Shown here: one piece after another, positions 50,160-63,075 of the stretch
How the letters are laid out: every line of letters begins with the position of its first letter
Numbering within the stretch: the first letter of the stretch is position 1
From: Phoronis australis
Taxonomy: Eukaryota > Animalia > Phoronida
DNA length: 64,000 bases
Direction of reading: 5' to 3'
Assembly (NCBI GenBank): GCA_002633005.1
Contig: NMRA01000532.1
Coordinates: forward strand, 228,193-292,192
Translations under genes and position numbers: made by a program
The notes under the pieces: model-generated
What the model saw: only the letters and a program-made list of their open reading frames with translations
Told to the model about the DNA's origin: nothing
Databases searched by the model: none

Positions 50160-51217
50160 ACCGCGGCAAAACATCTTCAGCTGCAGTTGGTTTACGCAGG
50201 CTCGCTGTTGACAAGAGCTTGGCCTACATGTAGATTCTGGCATAAAATGAGTAATCAGTCTTTGTATTTTTTCCGAATGAAAACACATTTGCCTAACGTT
50301 CTTCTCTGATTCCTCGATCCGGGCACCGCACTGCTTTTTTAAAAAAGAATACAAATTTGTGTTTTGATCATTTCAATCAATCCTCGTTCTGTACCCGCTA
50401 ATGCATCATTGGCGTCTCGACTCAACTAAAAAATCATACTCCCTACGTCACAGATTCGACATTTTGGTCCTTGGAGGCGGATGTTCGGTGTAATTCGGTA
50501 AAAGCGTAGGTCACGCTTGCTCATTTTGCAGACTTTGAAATGAGTTTTCAAATTTCCTTCAAACTTTGGGAGTTCTCGAGGGTTACGGAGCATCATTTTG
50601 TTTCAGAGAACTGAATGGGACAGTCGTTTTTAGTGTCTATTAATGGGTCCAAACCGGGTTTCTTCCCGCCTGGTCGTTGGCAAACTTCTCAGTAATTTCT
50701 TAGCAGATGCTATTACCACACGGACATGTTTCAATCAAAATTTTCCACTCATTAACTTAGTAACATGGTGTCTCGAAATGCCTTTTTGACACATTTTACG
50801 GAAAATTGGTCCGGCGGCAGCTGCGGCAACTCAGTGCCCGGTCCAGCGCCCATATTCGCAATGATCGAATACGCAATCTAAATGACGATGTATAAATTTG
50901 TATATTCCATCGTACCTTGTCGTTATATAAATAATGTCCATAAGTTGTAACACCTATGTTCATGTATTTCATTAAATTTTATAACGTTTCATAGTACATT
51001 AGTTTCCATGAAAATTCCTTCTGTAATTGCGCTCTTATGTATGCAACCTTATATTCGTGTTTAATGTCATTGTTCTTGTTTCATATATCTTACACGATAG
51101 CGTTTATGATTTTTAAATTTATTTGCCTTTGATGTAATGTCGAAGTACCGCTACTGTTTTATTATGATATGTTTTGTACAGAGTTTTATTATATATTTAC
51201 TCAATTAAAGCAAAGAA

Positions 51218-51796
51218 NNNNNNNNNNNNNNNNNNNNNNNNNNNNNNNNNNNNNNNNNNNNNNNNNNNNNNNNNNNNNNNNNNNNNNNNNNNNNNNNNNN
51301 NNNNNNNNNNNNNNNNNNNNNNNNNNNNNNNNNNNNNNNNNNNNNNNNNNNNNNNNNNNNNNNNNNNNNNNNNNNNNNNNNNNNNNNNNNNNNNNNNNNN
51401 NNNNNNNNNNNNNNNNNNNNNNNNNNNNNNNNNNNNNNNNNNNNNNNNNNNNNNNNNNNNNNNNNNNNNNNNNNNNNNNNNNNNNNNNNNNNNNNNNNNN
51501 NNNNNNNNNNNNNNNNNNNNNNNNNNNNNNNNNNNNNNNNNNNNNNNNNNNNNNNNNNNNNNNNNNNNNNNNNNNNNNNNNNNNNNNNNNNNNNNNNNNN
51601 NNNNNNNNNNNNNNNNNNNNNNNNNNNNNNNNNNNNNNNNNNNNNNNNNNNNNNNNNNNNNNNNNNNNNNNNNNNNNNNNNNNNNNNNNNNNNNNNNNNN
51701 NNNNNNNNNNNNNNNNNNNNNNNNNNNNNNNNNNNNNNNNNNNNNNNNNNNNNNNNNNNNNNNNNNNNNNNNNNNNNNNNNNNNNNNNNNNNNNNN
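51218..51796. other. Scaffold gap (579 N)
   Basis: Run of N. Confidence 0.99.
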
Positions 51797-52136
51797 CTAG
51801 CTCCTTTTCACTAGTCAACGAGACTCTTTAGCTCAGTTTGACTAAGTTTTTACTATTAACTTAAAAGTTTTGTATTAATTTTGACAAACTTGGCGGATGT
51901 GGAAGTTTCATAGTTTGGAAGTTGAGAGAAATTTTAGCCTTGGGTTAAAAAATAATTTAACCCAGTTTTTTGGGGCAGGCCCTGAGACAGGACGCAGAAT
52001 TCTGCACTGACAGGACTGTGACCTTGGCTGGCCCCGACGCCCCCTAGTGGGCTGTCCTCTAGCCGGCTGCTTCAAAATCTATTCGGAAGTCTTCGGGTAC
52101 TACCGTTAACACACGGAGTACGTCATATCCGTAATA

Positions 52137-55100
52137 ATGGCCGGTGTGACAAGATCAGCTGTGAGTATTTCTCTCGATCATCGTGTTTATGAATTAGCCG
52201 CGGCTTGATTGTCATGTTATATATAAGTTATTGATTTCGTCTCGAACTAACTGAGGTTTTGGTCCGGGGTTTCATTGAACTGGATCTTCTTTATTGACCA
52301 GTGTTAGTAATCTTTACGCCTTAGCAGGTAGCTTCACTCACGTTGCCGAGACTGAACCAATCCTGAACCCAACATGTTTGCGCTGATGTACTGCTATTCA
52401 CTAACTCACTGGAGCTGATCTCGATATTTTTGGCACACTGTTCATCGAGACTAACGCTTGTAGAGTTTATATTGGCTAAACCTTGAATGTGTACATCGCC
52501 TGACTAGGCTCGCGGTAGCCTTGGCGCAAAGCTATATAAAATATAGGCGATCACATCGCCCTGGATGCCGCAGGCATACATGAGCGATAGTACATTCCCA
52601 CAAAAAGTTACTCATATCAAAATACAGGAAATAAAATCAAATGAAACATACATATATGCACATGGAGTTATAAACAACTCATACCGTAAGTAAGTTAGAA
52701 AACGATACAGTCACTTGAGATAATTTGAACAAATCGATGAAAATCTGTCACGGTTTGCTCAAGTTTCTCTTACCGAGTGCCATTTTGAGGAAGTTATTTG
52801 AAATCACGCATGTTGACAAATAAAAAGGCCAAGGGACACAAATCTTACTAATTTCACCTGATACCTTCTCATGCTATTTTGCAAGTGTCACGTGCTAGTG
52901 TCACGTGCTTCACTCTGTCTCACGCTAACATTTGCCTAACTCACATGACTCAGTTGACATACTTTGTGGTTATTGGTTATTGCGCACGCAGTGAAAAAGT
53001 TAACGGCAACCAAAAAAGTGGAGTTGGAATTCTTCGCCAAAGTCAGCTTAATTCTCACAACTAAGCTTCATCAAAGATATGTATAAAAGTAGAAAGGACC
53101 AATGATGAAAGTAAGCGCTTTTTAAATGATAGTTTTAAGTGTGGAATGTATTTTTGACGAGGTGGAAACTCAAAATCGGTGACTGGATTTGGGTTACCGC
53201 CCGTTTAAAATACATGTAACGAAATGCGTACAGAAAGCGAATGGAAGTATTGTAGCCCCTAAATGGCCAACTGAGGGGCTACGTGTTGCCTATATAAAAT
53301 ACAGCTAAGAACCACCGTGTGTTGAGCTCCGATAGTCTTCATACAGCTAGCTGGCTGGCAAGGCTCGCACTAGACTTTAAAGGGTTTTAGACAATATGGC
53401 TCAAGCACCAGAAAACTTAGCTATTTTAAAAAATTACCAGTCAAATTTTACTAGTCCATTGATAAAAGTACAGTTACATGGACCAAACTTTTTATTTCAT
53501 GTTATGCACAAGTCCTTTTCATAGATAAGACGTTTGCCTTAGGACAAAAACAAATGATCAACATTCCAAGGTCATATAGTAACCTAATAAGTTGGAGGGG
53601 ATGTCAGCCAACGTGGGTTTTATTATGACCTATCAAGTTTGGGCAGAGGTTCTCCCTATACTAGAGTTACTGCATGGGTTCCCGCTATCCCCGGACTACA
53701 AGGGAGGTACATTGGCCATGTGGGCATTTCATTGATCAATCTAACAAAAATTGGGCGGGGATTACCCCTACCTCCGGGTTACAGCGGGGTACGCCAGCCA
53801 CGTGGGCATTTTGATGAGCAAGACATTTGCATCCAAAACCAACTTGTGGCTTGCAAAATAAAACTAAATCATGTAGAGGAGGTAATATAAAACTCCGGTT
53901 TTATCCTCTGGGTAAGTAATGCCGTCAGACCGGCCCACACCACGTCGCCAGTGTAAAAAGTTATTGAGTGACTTGGTCACATTTGTCGCGGAAATAGTCT
54001 TCTAGTGGTTGTTGACATTGTCACTTGCAAACAACAAGCTCCAGCATCTACACAAGATCTCGCTATGAAGCGAAAAATTCCCATTACCAAGACCGCTGAC
54101 TCCCCTACACAGCTGAACATTTCGTTGTTGTAAAAGAGTGATTTCAGGGAGAGTGACGGACATGAAATGGAACATTCACTTGGTATTGTTAGGACTCGGA
54201 AACGAAGTAAGAGTGTACAGTCGTTTTTGGCGCGACTTGATTCGAGTTGACTGTGATTCGACACTCGCATAGGTTTCCAAACTTAATTTTTTATAGTCAA
54301 GTTGCGAAAGCATTCACCAAGTTGGCGAACGGACTTAGCTCTGCAATCTCCAATGCAGCTCAGAATTCGTCAATGGCCAGCGGGTAGTGTGAGTGGGTAG
54401 TGCGAGCGGGAAGTGCGAGCGGGTAGTGCGAGCGGGTAGTGAGAGCGGGTAGTGCGAGCGGGTAGTGGGAGCGGGTAGTGCGAGCGGGTAGTGCGAGCCT
54501 AGCCTGGGTAGTTCTGGTTCCCTCGTCATGTAGACAGTAGTCACCGTCTCTAGCTTGCCGAGTAGAGACATTGGAGCCCCTATAGGAGCTTCATATGACA
54601 GAAGATTTTCGGCGAGTATACCTCACAATGACTAAAACATCGAAGTCACGTTGTTATAAATACCTTTTGTGCATAGAGGTACACTTTAGGAAGCGGTCAA
54701 TGCCTGTAATTATTTCCAACTCCACAAAATAGTCCTGTTATCGAATGTTTTCTTTGAGCAGTCACTTGCTTAGTTCCCAAAATTGGTAACTCGTCATTTT
54801 TACACTGCGCACACCAGGGGATATGATATCATACCACTTGCCGCATGCAGTGTTAAAAATGGCGAGTTATTGATTGTGGAAACTGAATGAGGGTTTGCTC
54901 GAAGAAAAAGTTTGATAGCATGAGTATTTCATCGAGTTGGAAGGAATTAAATACATCAACGGCCTCCTATAAGGTGTTCCTCTATGCACAAAAGGTTTCT
55001 ATAACAAAGTGACTTAAATAATATGCAGGTTTGTCAAAAAGTTCCTGTTTGTTTTGCATGATCATCATGAAATTTCTATTTTTAGCTTTCCCATTTGCGC

Positions 55101-58100
55101 CAAGGTAGCTTGAATTTCATCAGACAAAGTCAGCTGAGGCAGTATTCACAGGTAAGACAGGCCATCAGTAGAGTGGATAAACGTCATCCCTCGCAGATGT
55201 TATGGGCATTCTGATTGACAGCATTCGTTTTTTAATTTCATGCAGTGGATTCTATTAGTAGGAACTGTATTTCTTTTGTCTTGTACCTCAATTCTGAAAC
55301 AATTTTTTTTCTCATGAATGGCATTATAAATCCACGTAGACTTAGTAGCTCTGAAGCTCCGGTAACTCTCATGCCGCGTACCAGGGAAATTTGTACTCAT
55401 ATCATGCGCCGTGATTGGTTGATTTCTGAATCTGAGCTAAGTCTTAGTTTGGAGATTGGATGAGAAATTTAATGTCTTCGAATTACAAACCATAAGTTTA
55501 TACATTTTGTGAGAAAGTTTCTGTATTCATGAGAAGAAAATGTCACTTAATACAAGTGTTAGGAAAGAACGCATTAAACTGCTATGATCCACTTCTGTGC
55601 ATCTACAGCTTAGAAGTTGAAATTGCATTTGTGTATGACACAGTCCCATGAAGTCCGGTTTTAGTTTGTTTCTCCTGTCACTTCTACACTAAGTACATGT
55701 ATCTTCACTCTCTTGGTACAATTCCTCAGCACCAGTCACATACAATATACGAGATACATGTGTCTTTGTCGTCAAAAACCCATTAGTAACTTTCACTTGT
55801 GACAATATTTCAGAGGCAGACAGTAACATTGATACCTGGTGATGGCATCGGCCCTGAAATTTCATCGGCAGTACAGAGGATCTTTGCTGCAGCTGATGTA
55901 AGTCATAGAGCTGTGTACGCGCGACGTCTGCTTTTGAATTTGTCTGTCGAGTCGGATCACTTACGAGAATGATGTGGCTGATGGTCCTCTAATTCAACAA
56001 TGTTTCGATGCACAGAACTGTGGCTACTTATCCATTTCTTTCAGTTCAGAATCCTTTTCAATGCAGGCTTAATCACGACAAAATTTTTACAGGTGTGCTC
56101 CACACATCTTCGCCATAGTCATGACAACTTAATTAACAGCTGAGCGTAATCACGTCACATTAAACTCCTGCGACAAACGATCAACCAAACCGACAAGCAA
56201 TTCTGGCAAGAACTTTGTCATAGTTAGATGGAGTTGTGCAGAGTTCTGTCAAAGACTCACTAGTTTGTTTTGGAAAATAGCTGTATTTAAGGTCTTCCTC
56301 TTTAGCCGAGGACGACTTCTATTGATTTTGAATTCGTGATTGGCTGTAACATTTCTGTTTGAGTTTTGCCTGAGTTTTTTATTGTCAATATGGTTTATCG
56401 CAGTAAAATTTCAATCTTCAAATTCAAACAAATTCACTGTAATTTTTCCATTTTTCAAACACCCATTGCAATGTTAAAAATGTTGGATATTTATTCTCCA
56501 CTTAGTCTAGTTGTTTGGTCATTGATAGATATCCAGTATTTTCTAAGAATGTTTCCCCCCTGCTAGTTATCTTAATTTCGTTTCACCAATAGGGTTTTGA
56601 GATTATGAAAGCTATGGCGTATGTTGATATTTGCTCACTCTGCCTCATAAATGTCGTTTAATAACTAGGTACCAGTGGATTGGGAACCCGTAGATGTCAC
56701 GCCAATCCGTGGTCCGGATGGAAAATCGAGAATCCCTCAGAAAGCGATTGACTCTGTTGGTGTTAACAAAGTTGGTCTGAAGGGACCTCTAGCGACACCT
56801 GTTGGAAAAGGACATCAATCTCTCAATTTGGCTGTGAGAAAGTATGACCTTGGTTTATTCCACTTTGCAGACGGCGCCTCTTCAAGCGCTCTGACTGCAA
56901 TCTATTGGTTGTGACTAACTGGCAACAAGCGACTTTTTCATCTGAGTATCGGACAAAATAGGTGAACATCGAGTTTCCTAATCTTTGTAATTCTATAGGT
57001 GGAAACCCACATGAGATTTGACCAACCTTATGGTTTTTCCAACTGTCCATTGACATGCTAGCACCTTGACATAGGGAGAGTAGAGCAGAAACTAACCTTT
57101 CTACTAAAGGTCACTTGTTGTCCCTGTGTATGTTTGTCTGAGATTTTATGTGTAGCCTGTATCTCCGTTGTTTTCAGGCAGTTCAACCTTTATGCCAATG
57201 TGCGTCCGTGTAAGAGTATAGAAGGCTACGAGACAGCTTACGACAACGTGGACATAGTCACAATACGTGAGAATACCGAGGGAGAATACTCAGGCATAGA
57301 ACACATGGTAGGAGCTTTAAAGGAAGCGCTGCTAGCAGGTTTTATGTCCTGATCATAGCTATTGTCAAGACACTCACTTGATCATGTTAACCTCAGTCAA
57401 AGTTTTGCACAAGATGAGTTGGTCCTTGTGCAAGTTTAGTCCCGTCTTTTGTCTTAGGGTTAGCTGATTTGCCATCCTGTGTCAAGTAATGCACTGCCAC
57501 CTTTTGGCACGAACATTTGTAATGTAATGGAATGTCTTACAAATATTTCATACGCAGTTTTTAAAATGAAGAAGGTGACATCAAGATTCAACAAATATTC
57601 GTCACACAAAATCGCGATCAAATAGCCATTTATTTTCAACTAGAATATATTTTAATCGTGGACAAAATCTTGACATCGTCCTTGTCGAAATCGCGACATC
57701 TTGCCACGCAAATCCATTTCAACAAACAGTTAGCTGCATGGCACAATAAACATTACATTAATTGCTATGTTACTGCTACGTATATTTGCCCAAACTGCTA
57801 TTGTGGCATGTCTAGTTTGGCCGAGTCTGGCGCAGTTCTGTCAAAGTCTGTCTAGTTCATCTTGAAAACTTTTAACTGTACTGAACAAAAACCTTATTTT
57901 AGTAAAATGCTTGTGTAAAATCGTCCACCAATGTTCATTTTTAGCAGAAGATAAGGGCACAAGTTCGACTCTTTTGACAATATTGAGTTTGCGACTAATT
58001 CTTTAGAGAATTTCTTTCCTCAAGCAGTATTGTGCCTAGTAGTTCACTGTGCGTCATTATGTTCAGTATTAAAAACCCATAGTTCAAACAAATTACTTTA

Positions 58101-59479
58101 TATCTCATCAAAGTTTCTTTGGCTCCTTCAAAGCTTTGACAAAAACCTAGAATGAACTCAGATGAGAAATAACACTATGTTAGTTTAAAAGTAAATGTAG
58201 GCAGTCTGGTACACGTTGTAGCAGACGTGTGCAGGTCACTCTGGTGGGCCCATTGCATCATCACCTGGAGCCATTGTTATGCTTTACAGTTAAAACTGAG
58301 CTGAGCTAGAGACATGACTCAAGGTTATAGCAGTGTGCTCCAGTTGGACTCAAACCCACGACCTTGACCAAAGGAAGCGAACACTTATCTTACATGGCCA
58401 CACTGCCTCCTCTTAAAATTGAAATTCAGTCTGGGTTTTTTGTTTGATATTTCATCATTTTTGTGACTACTGTTTCACTACCTTTCTCTATTGCCCAATA
58501 TTTTTTAGATTGTCGACGGTGTGGTGCAGAGCATCAAACTCATCACAGAGGAAGCGTCACGTCGTGTCGCACAGTTTGCCTTCAAGTACGCGCGTGAAAC
58601 GGGAAGAAAGAACGTGACAGCTGTGCACAAGGCCAACATAATGTGAGCATGCTGAGTCTACTGTATTTAAATTTGAAGCAATGCATTTGGATATAGTTTC
58701 AGGATGGTGGTTTTTCTTAATCAGACCAAGTGCCATGTTTGTTGTTCTCCCAGTGTTGTTATTTCGACCAAGTTTTTTTTCCGGAATGTTTGAAGGAATT
58801 CTACTAAAACAAACTTGCCTTAAAATGTTTTGACTGGAGATGAGATTGTTGTGAAATAAAAATAAAGTATTATATGAAATGCAACTTCATTTTGCAGTAT
58901 AAAATAATCATAAAATCAGTAGCTTTTTAGTGTGTACAGCTCGTCATCAGTGGAGTTGTGCATCAGCAAATTAAAGTTAATGATTTTAATATCTTTACCC
59001 TACAAGCCAAAAGCAGTCAGACTTGGAATTCTCCATGGTGACGTCTAGGCCGAACTGGAGTTGGTTGTCAAGATTAATTTTCCTTCATGAAGGGAAATTA
59101 TTGGGAACATTTAGTAAGGTGGTTGCTGTATCTTTTACCAGTCATTTTTGCTGTTAACGGAATTAGCCGTAACCGTTATGACGAGGAAACGCTCTTTTGT
59201 CTGACTACTTTTGTGTTGTACAATATTTCATACTGGAGAGTAAATGTGCATTTCATACCATGTATTGCTTTCAAGACTGACCTTGCAGTCCATGTTCACT
59301 TTTTCATTGGTTACATTGTTGGATTGTCGGTTTTAGTCAATGAGTCTAATCTTGTCTTGTGTTATTTGTTTATCAGGCGCATGTCCGATGGCCTGTTCTT
59401 ACGGTGTTGTCGAGAGGAAGCGGAGAAGAACAGAGACATCATTTTTGACGAGAGCTACCTCGACACAGTCTGTTTAAAT
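52137..59479 (+). CDS. IDH3A: Isocitrate dehydrogenase [NAD] subunit alpha, mitochondrial. Exons 1-7: 52137-52160, 55086-55151, 55814-55897, 56669-56841, 57178-57307, 58509-58642, 59377-59479; continues beyond the window
   Basis: The spliced translation has an Arg/Ser/Leu-rich presequence, then [113 protein letters not shown] and YLDTVCLN, which are characteristic of IDH3 alpha. Splice phases are consistent. Confidence 0.95.
54379..54497. repeat. 13-bp minisatellite (GAGCGGGTAGTGC)n, about 9 copies
   Basis: Tandem array in IDH3A intron 1, seen directly. Confidence 0.92.
54643..55015. mobile_element. Fold-back (near-palindromic) MITE, ~370 bp
   Basis: AAGTCACGTTGTTATAAATACCTTTTGTGCATAGAGG pairs with CCTCTATGCACAAAAGGTTTCTATAACAAAGTGACTT; inner AACTCGTCATTTTTACACTGC pairs with GCAGTGTTAAAAATGGCGAGTT. 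Confidence 0.8.
58245..58392 (-). mobile_element. tRNA-derived SINE, copy 2
   Basis: The reverse complement begins GAGGAGGCAGTGTGGCC...GGTCGTGGGTTTGAGTCC and ends CCAGGTGAT..TGCAATGGGCCCAC, matching 46095-46275. Confidence 0.75.
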
Positions 59480-59545
59480 GTAAATACGTTGTGCTCATTT
59501 CTAATTGGCTTAAATCCAGGCACTTTTTTGCGCCTGTACTTGAAA

Positions 59546-60036
59546 CAGGGCTTGGAATTTTCCGCGGAAACGCGTATTTCCGCTTTTTTCAAATGTGCTT
59601 TCCGCTTTTTTTATAATATTTCCGCGTAAAAAAATCAGATTTGATATAAAATTTCCGCGGCAAATTCCTTTCTTACTGCGGCGTTGCAGACGACGTTCAC
59701 CTCGAAAAGCAGAAGTTGCTCTTTATGTTTCGGAGGAACGTAAATTGTCAACATTGCCGGGGCATCTGGGACGGCGTGGTGGGATTTTCAATGGCGTCTC
59801 GTGTTATTGTTAAGCGCGGTGACAAATACTACCGCTCTGCAGCCAAAAATGTGTGGGTCGGGAGTGGACGGGCGAGCTAAAAGGACGCAGACGCATGCTA
59901 CTTTTTTTTTTAGTCCTCCCGATTTTTGTCGGGAAAGGTTCACATTGACCATTTCAAGGCTGGTTATCGGGCATGATTTGGGCCGTAAAAGTTTCAAAGT
60001 TTCCGCGTTTTTTGTCATTGGTCATTCCAAGCCCTG
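59546..60036. mobile_element. Non-autonomous DNA transposon (CAGGG-type TIR)
   Basis: Perfect TIR CAGGGCTTGGAAT / ATTCCAAGCCCTG, flanked by TTGAAA direct repeats; TTTCCGCG subterminal motifs. Confidence 0.8.
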
Positions 60037-60968
60037 TTGAAAGTACTACCATCATCTCCTACTGAGCTGGCATCTAGAATTTAGTTACTTCATGTCCTTA
60101 ATGGCTTGAAGGATTCCTATGAAATTTGAAGGATTTTCCATATTAACAAAATGGGAATGTGTGACATTAGATATTTTTCTAGTATGACAACTAGCTACTG
60201 GAATGGGGACCACTTAATGTTAAACTGAATGATAGAGTATCCTGGTTATTATGCAGTCACGGAATGCTAAAGTCAAATCATTTCCCAATGTAAAATAATT
60301 TGCATAATGTCCCGAATCATCGTCATATTCCCGGATATTGTAATTAAAAAATTAGCATGATTGATTCTCACCCATCTATTAGTCATGCTTGGTTTTGTGT
60401 TTAAAAACCAACTTAATTGTTAATTTTCAATTTGTTTGCTTTATTGGAACTCTGCGCCAGGGGTAAAAATCAACCGTTTCTTGTTTAGCTGTCATACTCT
60501 CAGACTCCCCGCTTAGCATGATCAGCTTGTAAGAGTGATTGCGCTTGCCATCAAGTTATTCAGGGCTCAACATTAACTTTTTAAGCCACTTGCCCTTCGG
60601 GCAAGTAGTTGAAATTTTTACTTGCCCGAACAACAAATTCACTTGCCCCAAGTACAATCCCAAATAGCACCGCGCATGTGCACACCTAGGTGATGTGTTA
60701 CTGTAGGGCTGCCTGTGCTGAGCCTCCTCTTGTGTTGTGCACGCTATATACATGAGTTGCTATTTTTTAACGATTCTTCTTATAGAACATTTATTTATAA
60801 GGTGTGTCAAAACACTAGAGAGACAAATTAGAAGAGTAACTATGGTATCTGAACCATTGTCACACGTTCACAGGCGCCGAAATGAGCTAGGACATGAACT
60901 CTAGACACTTCTGTGTATTCATTAGTTTATATGCCCTCATGCATTAAACTTGAGTTGTTGCTAACCTG

Positions 60969-62933
60969 GGCCCGGGCCCGGTCTCCAATCTCCGTACTCA
61001 GACTCGAATCATGCTCAAACTCACACTTCATACTCAACTCGAGTACAAACTCAGCTTTGGTGTATTCAATGTCATACTCGAAAAATCTGTATTCGAAATT
61101 TCGAGCACGTACTCAGTTTTCGAGTGTACTCGAACTGAAGTGTATCTCATCTATATTTCGAGTACGATTTTGAGTAAAAAATTCGGAGTCTATGCTCAAA
61201 TTTCAAGTTTGGTATGGCAGTGTGCTTGAAATCGTACTCGAAAATAAATACGAGCCAGAGAACAAAATATCGAAAGGGAACCAAGAAACACAGCAAGTCT
61301 AAAAGAAATAAGTCCTCTTACCGTATCGCAGCACTTCAATTGCAGTTCAGAGATAATAGTTTTCATCTTAAATCTTCTTATTCTTCACCTTATTAACCCG
61401 CCGTATCACTGTATGTTATGGCCGCCATTCTACCTTTACAATTCCTGGCAACAGACGCATTGTCAGCGAGTCATAACAAGCGTCGAATGCAGTTGTAGGA
61501 AAAGTCGTGTGAGAAGTTTGTGCTGCCCTTATTTCGGTATGTGTGCCTAAGTTTTGTAGGGTTTCCAAAAGACGGAGAGGGGAGGTAAGGTTAAAACAGT
61601 TCGCTTCCCTGTCAGGTACATTTCTCATCATAACTTAGTCATCTATAATTCCTCAATCCCCAAATGGAATTCCAGATTTTGTTTGCCGATTTCTAAGTAG
61701 ACGTCTCGTCCCGTTCACTGCCACTGGTGAACTCTGAATGCCTGCACAAGTATTGTTTTTTAACTCACGTGCCAAATGTCAACTCACTTGATACATCCCG
61801 GTAAAATACAAAGATACAGTATCAAAGTTTGACATCAGCGTAGACCTACACAGGAATGGGTTTTATGTCAATACTATATTAGCAACAGAGATGCGATGTG
61901 ATGTGATAAGCTGTTTCAAGCTTCAGACATTTTCGGGACTGGGTGAGGAACTCAAGAATTAAAGCTTAATAATTGCCAAATATATCAAAGAAATGGCATA
62001 AGAATAGTTATTGAAACTAAAAAATGAATAACAGTTACAGAACACTCAGAATTCCACGTTATAGACATACTCTTGTAGTTGTAGCGACAGCAGACGATAA
62101 TGTAGGCCTAGTTCTTGGGGTGGTCAATTCCAATAGGGGGCGATGAATCAGCGCAGCTTTGCGTGATTTTGCATTTCACATCATAAAGAGTTCCATAGCA
62201 ACTCGAGTATGAGTGTCAGATTTGAGCACGTTTGGAGTCTACTCGAAATGAGACATTAGATACGCTTTTTTGAGTACGACTCCAGTGAGCACGATTTTGA
62301 GTATGAAATCTCGAGTATGAGTATGAGTCTGAGTACGGAGATTGGAGACCGGGCCCCGGTCTCCAATCTTTTTACTCGAAATGGAACTTGAAATGGAACT
62401 CGAAATTTGGATTGGCATTTTCTATTCTACTTTTGGGCGAATTCAAGATAAGTGTCTATTATTCTATGCTCGAGTACACAATAACTTACGTAGATAATTT
62501 AATGAGTTGTTGCTAACCTGGGCCCGGTCTCCAATCTTTTTACTCAAAATGGAACTTGAAATGGAACTCGAAATTTGGTTTGGCATTTTCTACTCTACTT
62601 TTGGGCGAATTCAAGATAAGTGTCTATTATTCTATGCTCGAGTACACAATAACTTACGTAGATAATTTATTGCCCTTAGTTCACAGTTTGTAAACCCAAT
62701 ATTAAGGCAATAAGTTCGAGTTTGAACTCGAAATTTCGAGTTTTTACTCGAGTTTGTAGCACGAATATAAGGGTCTTCAAGGGCAAACTTGAACTAGAAA
62801 CTCCTATGCATAAACTATAAATTATTCGAGCACAGTCTGATATCCAATCATCTTAAGTTTGCACAAAAGGATCAGAGAAATTTCTAAAAATAGTTTGGAG
62901 TTCGTTTCGAGTACAAAGATTAGAGACCGGGCC
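60969..62933. mobile_element. PIF/Harbinger-like MITE (host element) with CTG TSD
   Basis: ctg|GGCCCGGTCTCCAATCTTT (split by the inner element) ... AAAGATTAGAGACCGGGCC|ctg; many ACTCGA/TCGAGT subterminal motifs. Confidence 0.7.
60975..62355. mobile_element. Related PIF/Harbinger-like MITE inserted inside the host's left TIR, with CCG TSD
   Basis: Perfect 31-bp TIR GGCCCGGTCTCCAATCTCCGTACTCAGACTC / GAGTCTGAGTACGGAGATTGGAGACCGGGCC; CCG at 60972-60974 and 62356-62358. Confidence 0.85.
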
Positions 62934-63075
62934 CTGAATTTCAATTTTTGCAATCCGTAAAAATCTTGCATAGTTTTGGTCATCGCTACCTTGCATTAAA
63001 TTAAAATCAATTTTTAACATATAATAATGCCACATATACTTTAATTTTATTTTCAATAAATAATTACATTTTTGA

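Noticed and set aside
51169-51831. Three ~200-aa ORFs
   Set aside because: Poly-X translations of the N gap.
59087-59629. 180-aa hydrophobic ORF
   Set aside because: Only 59377-59479 is coding (IDH3A exon 7); the rest is open-frame intron.
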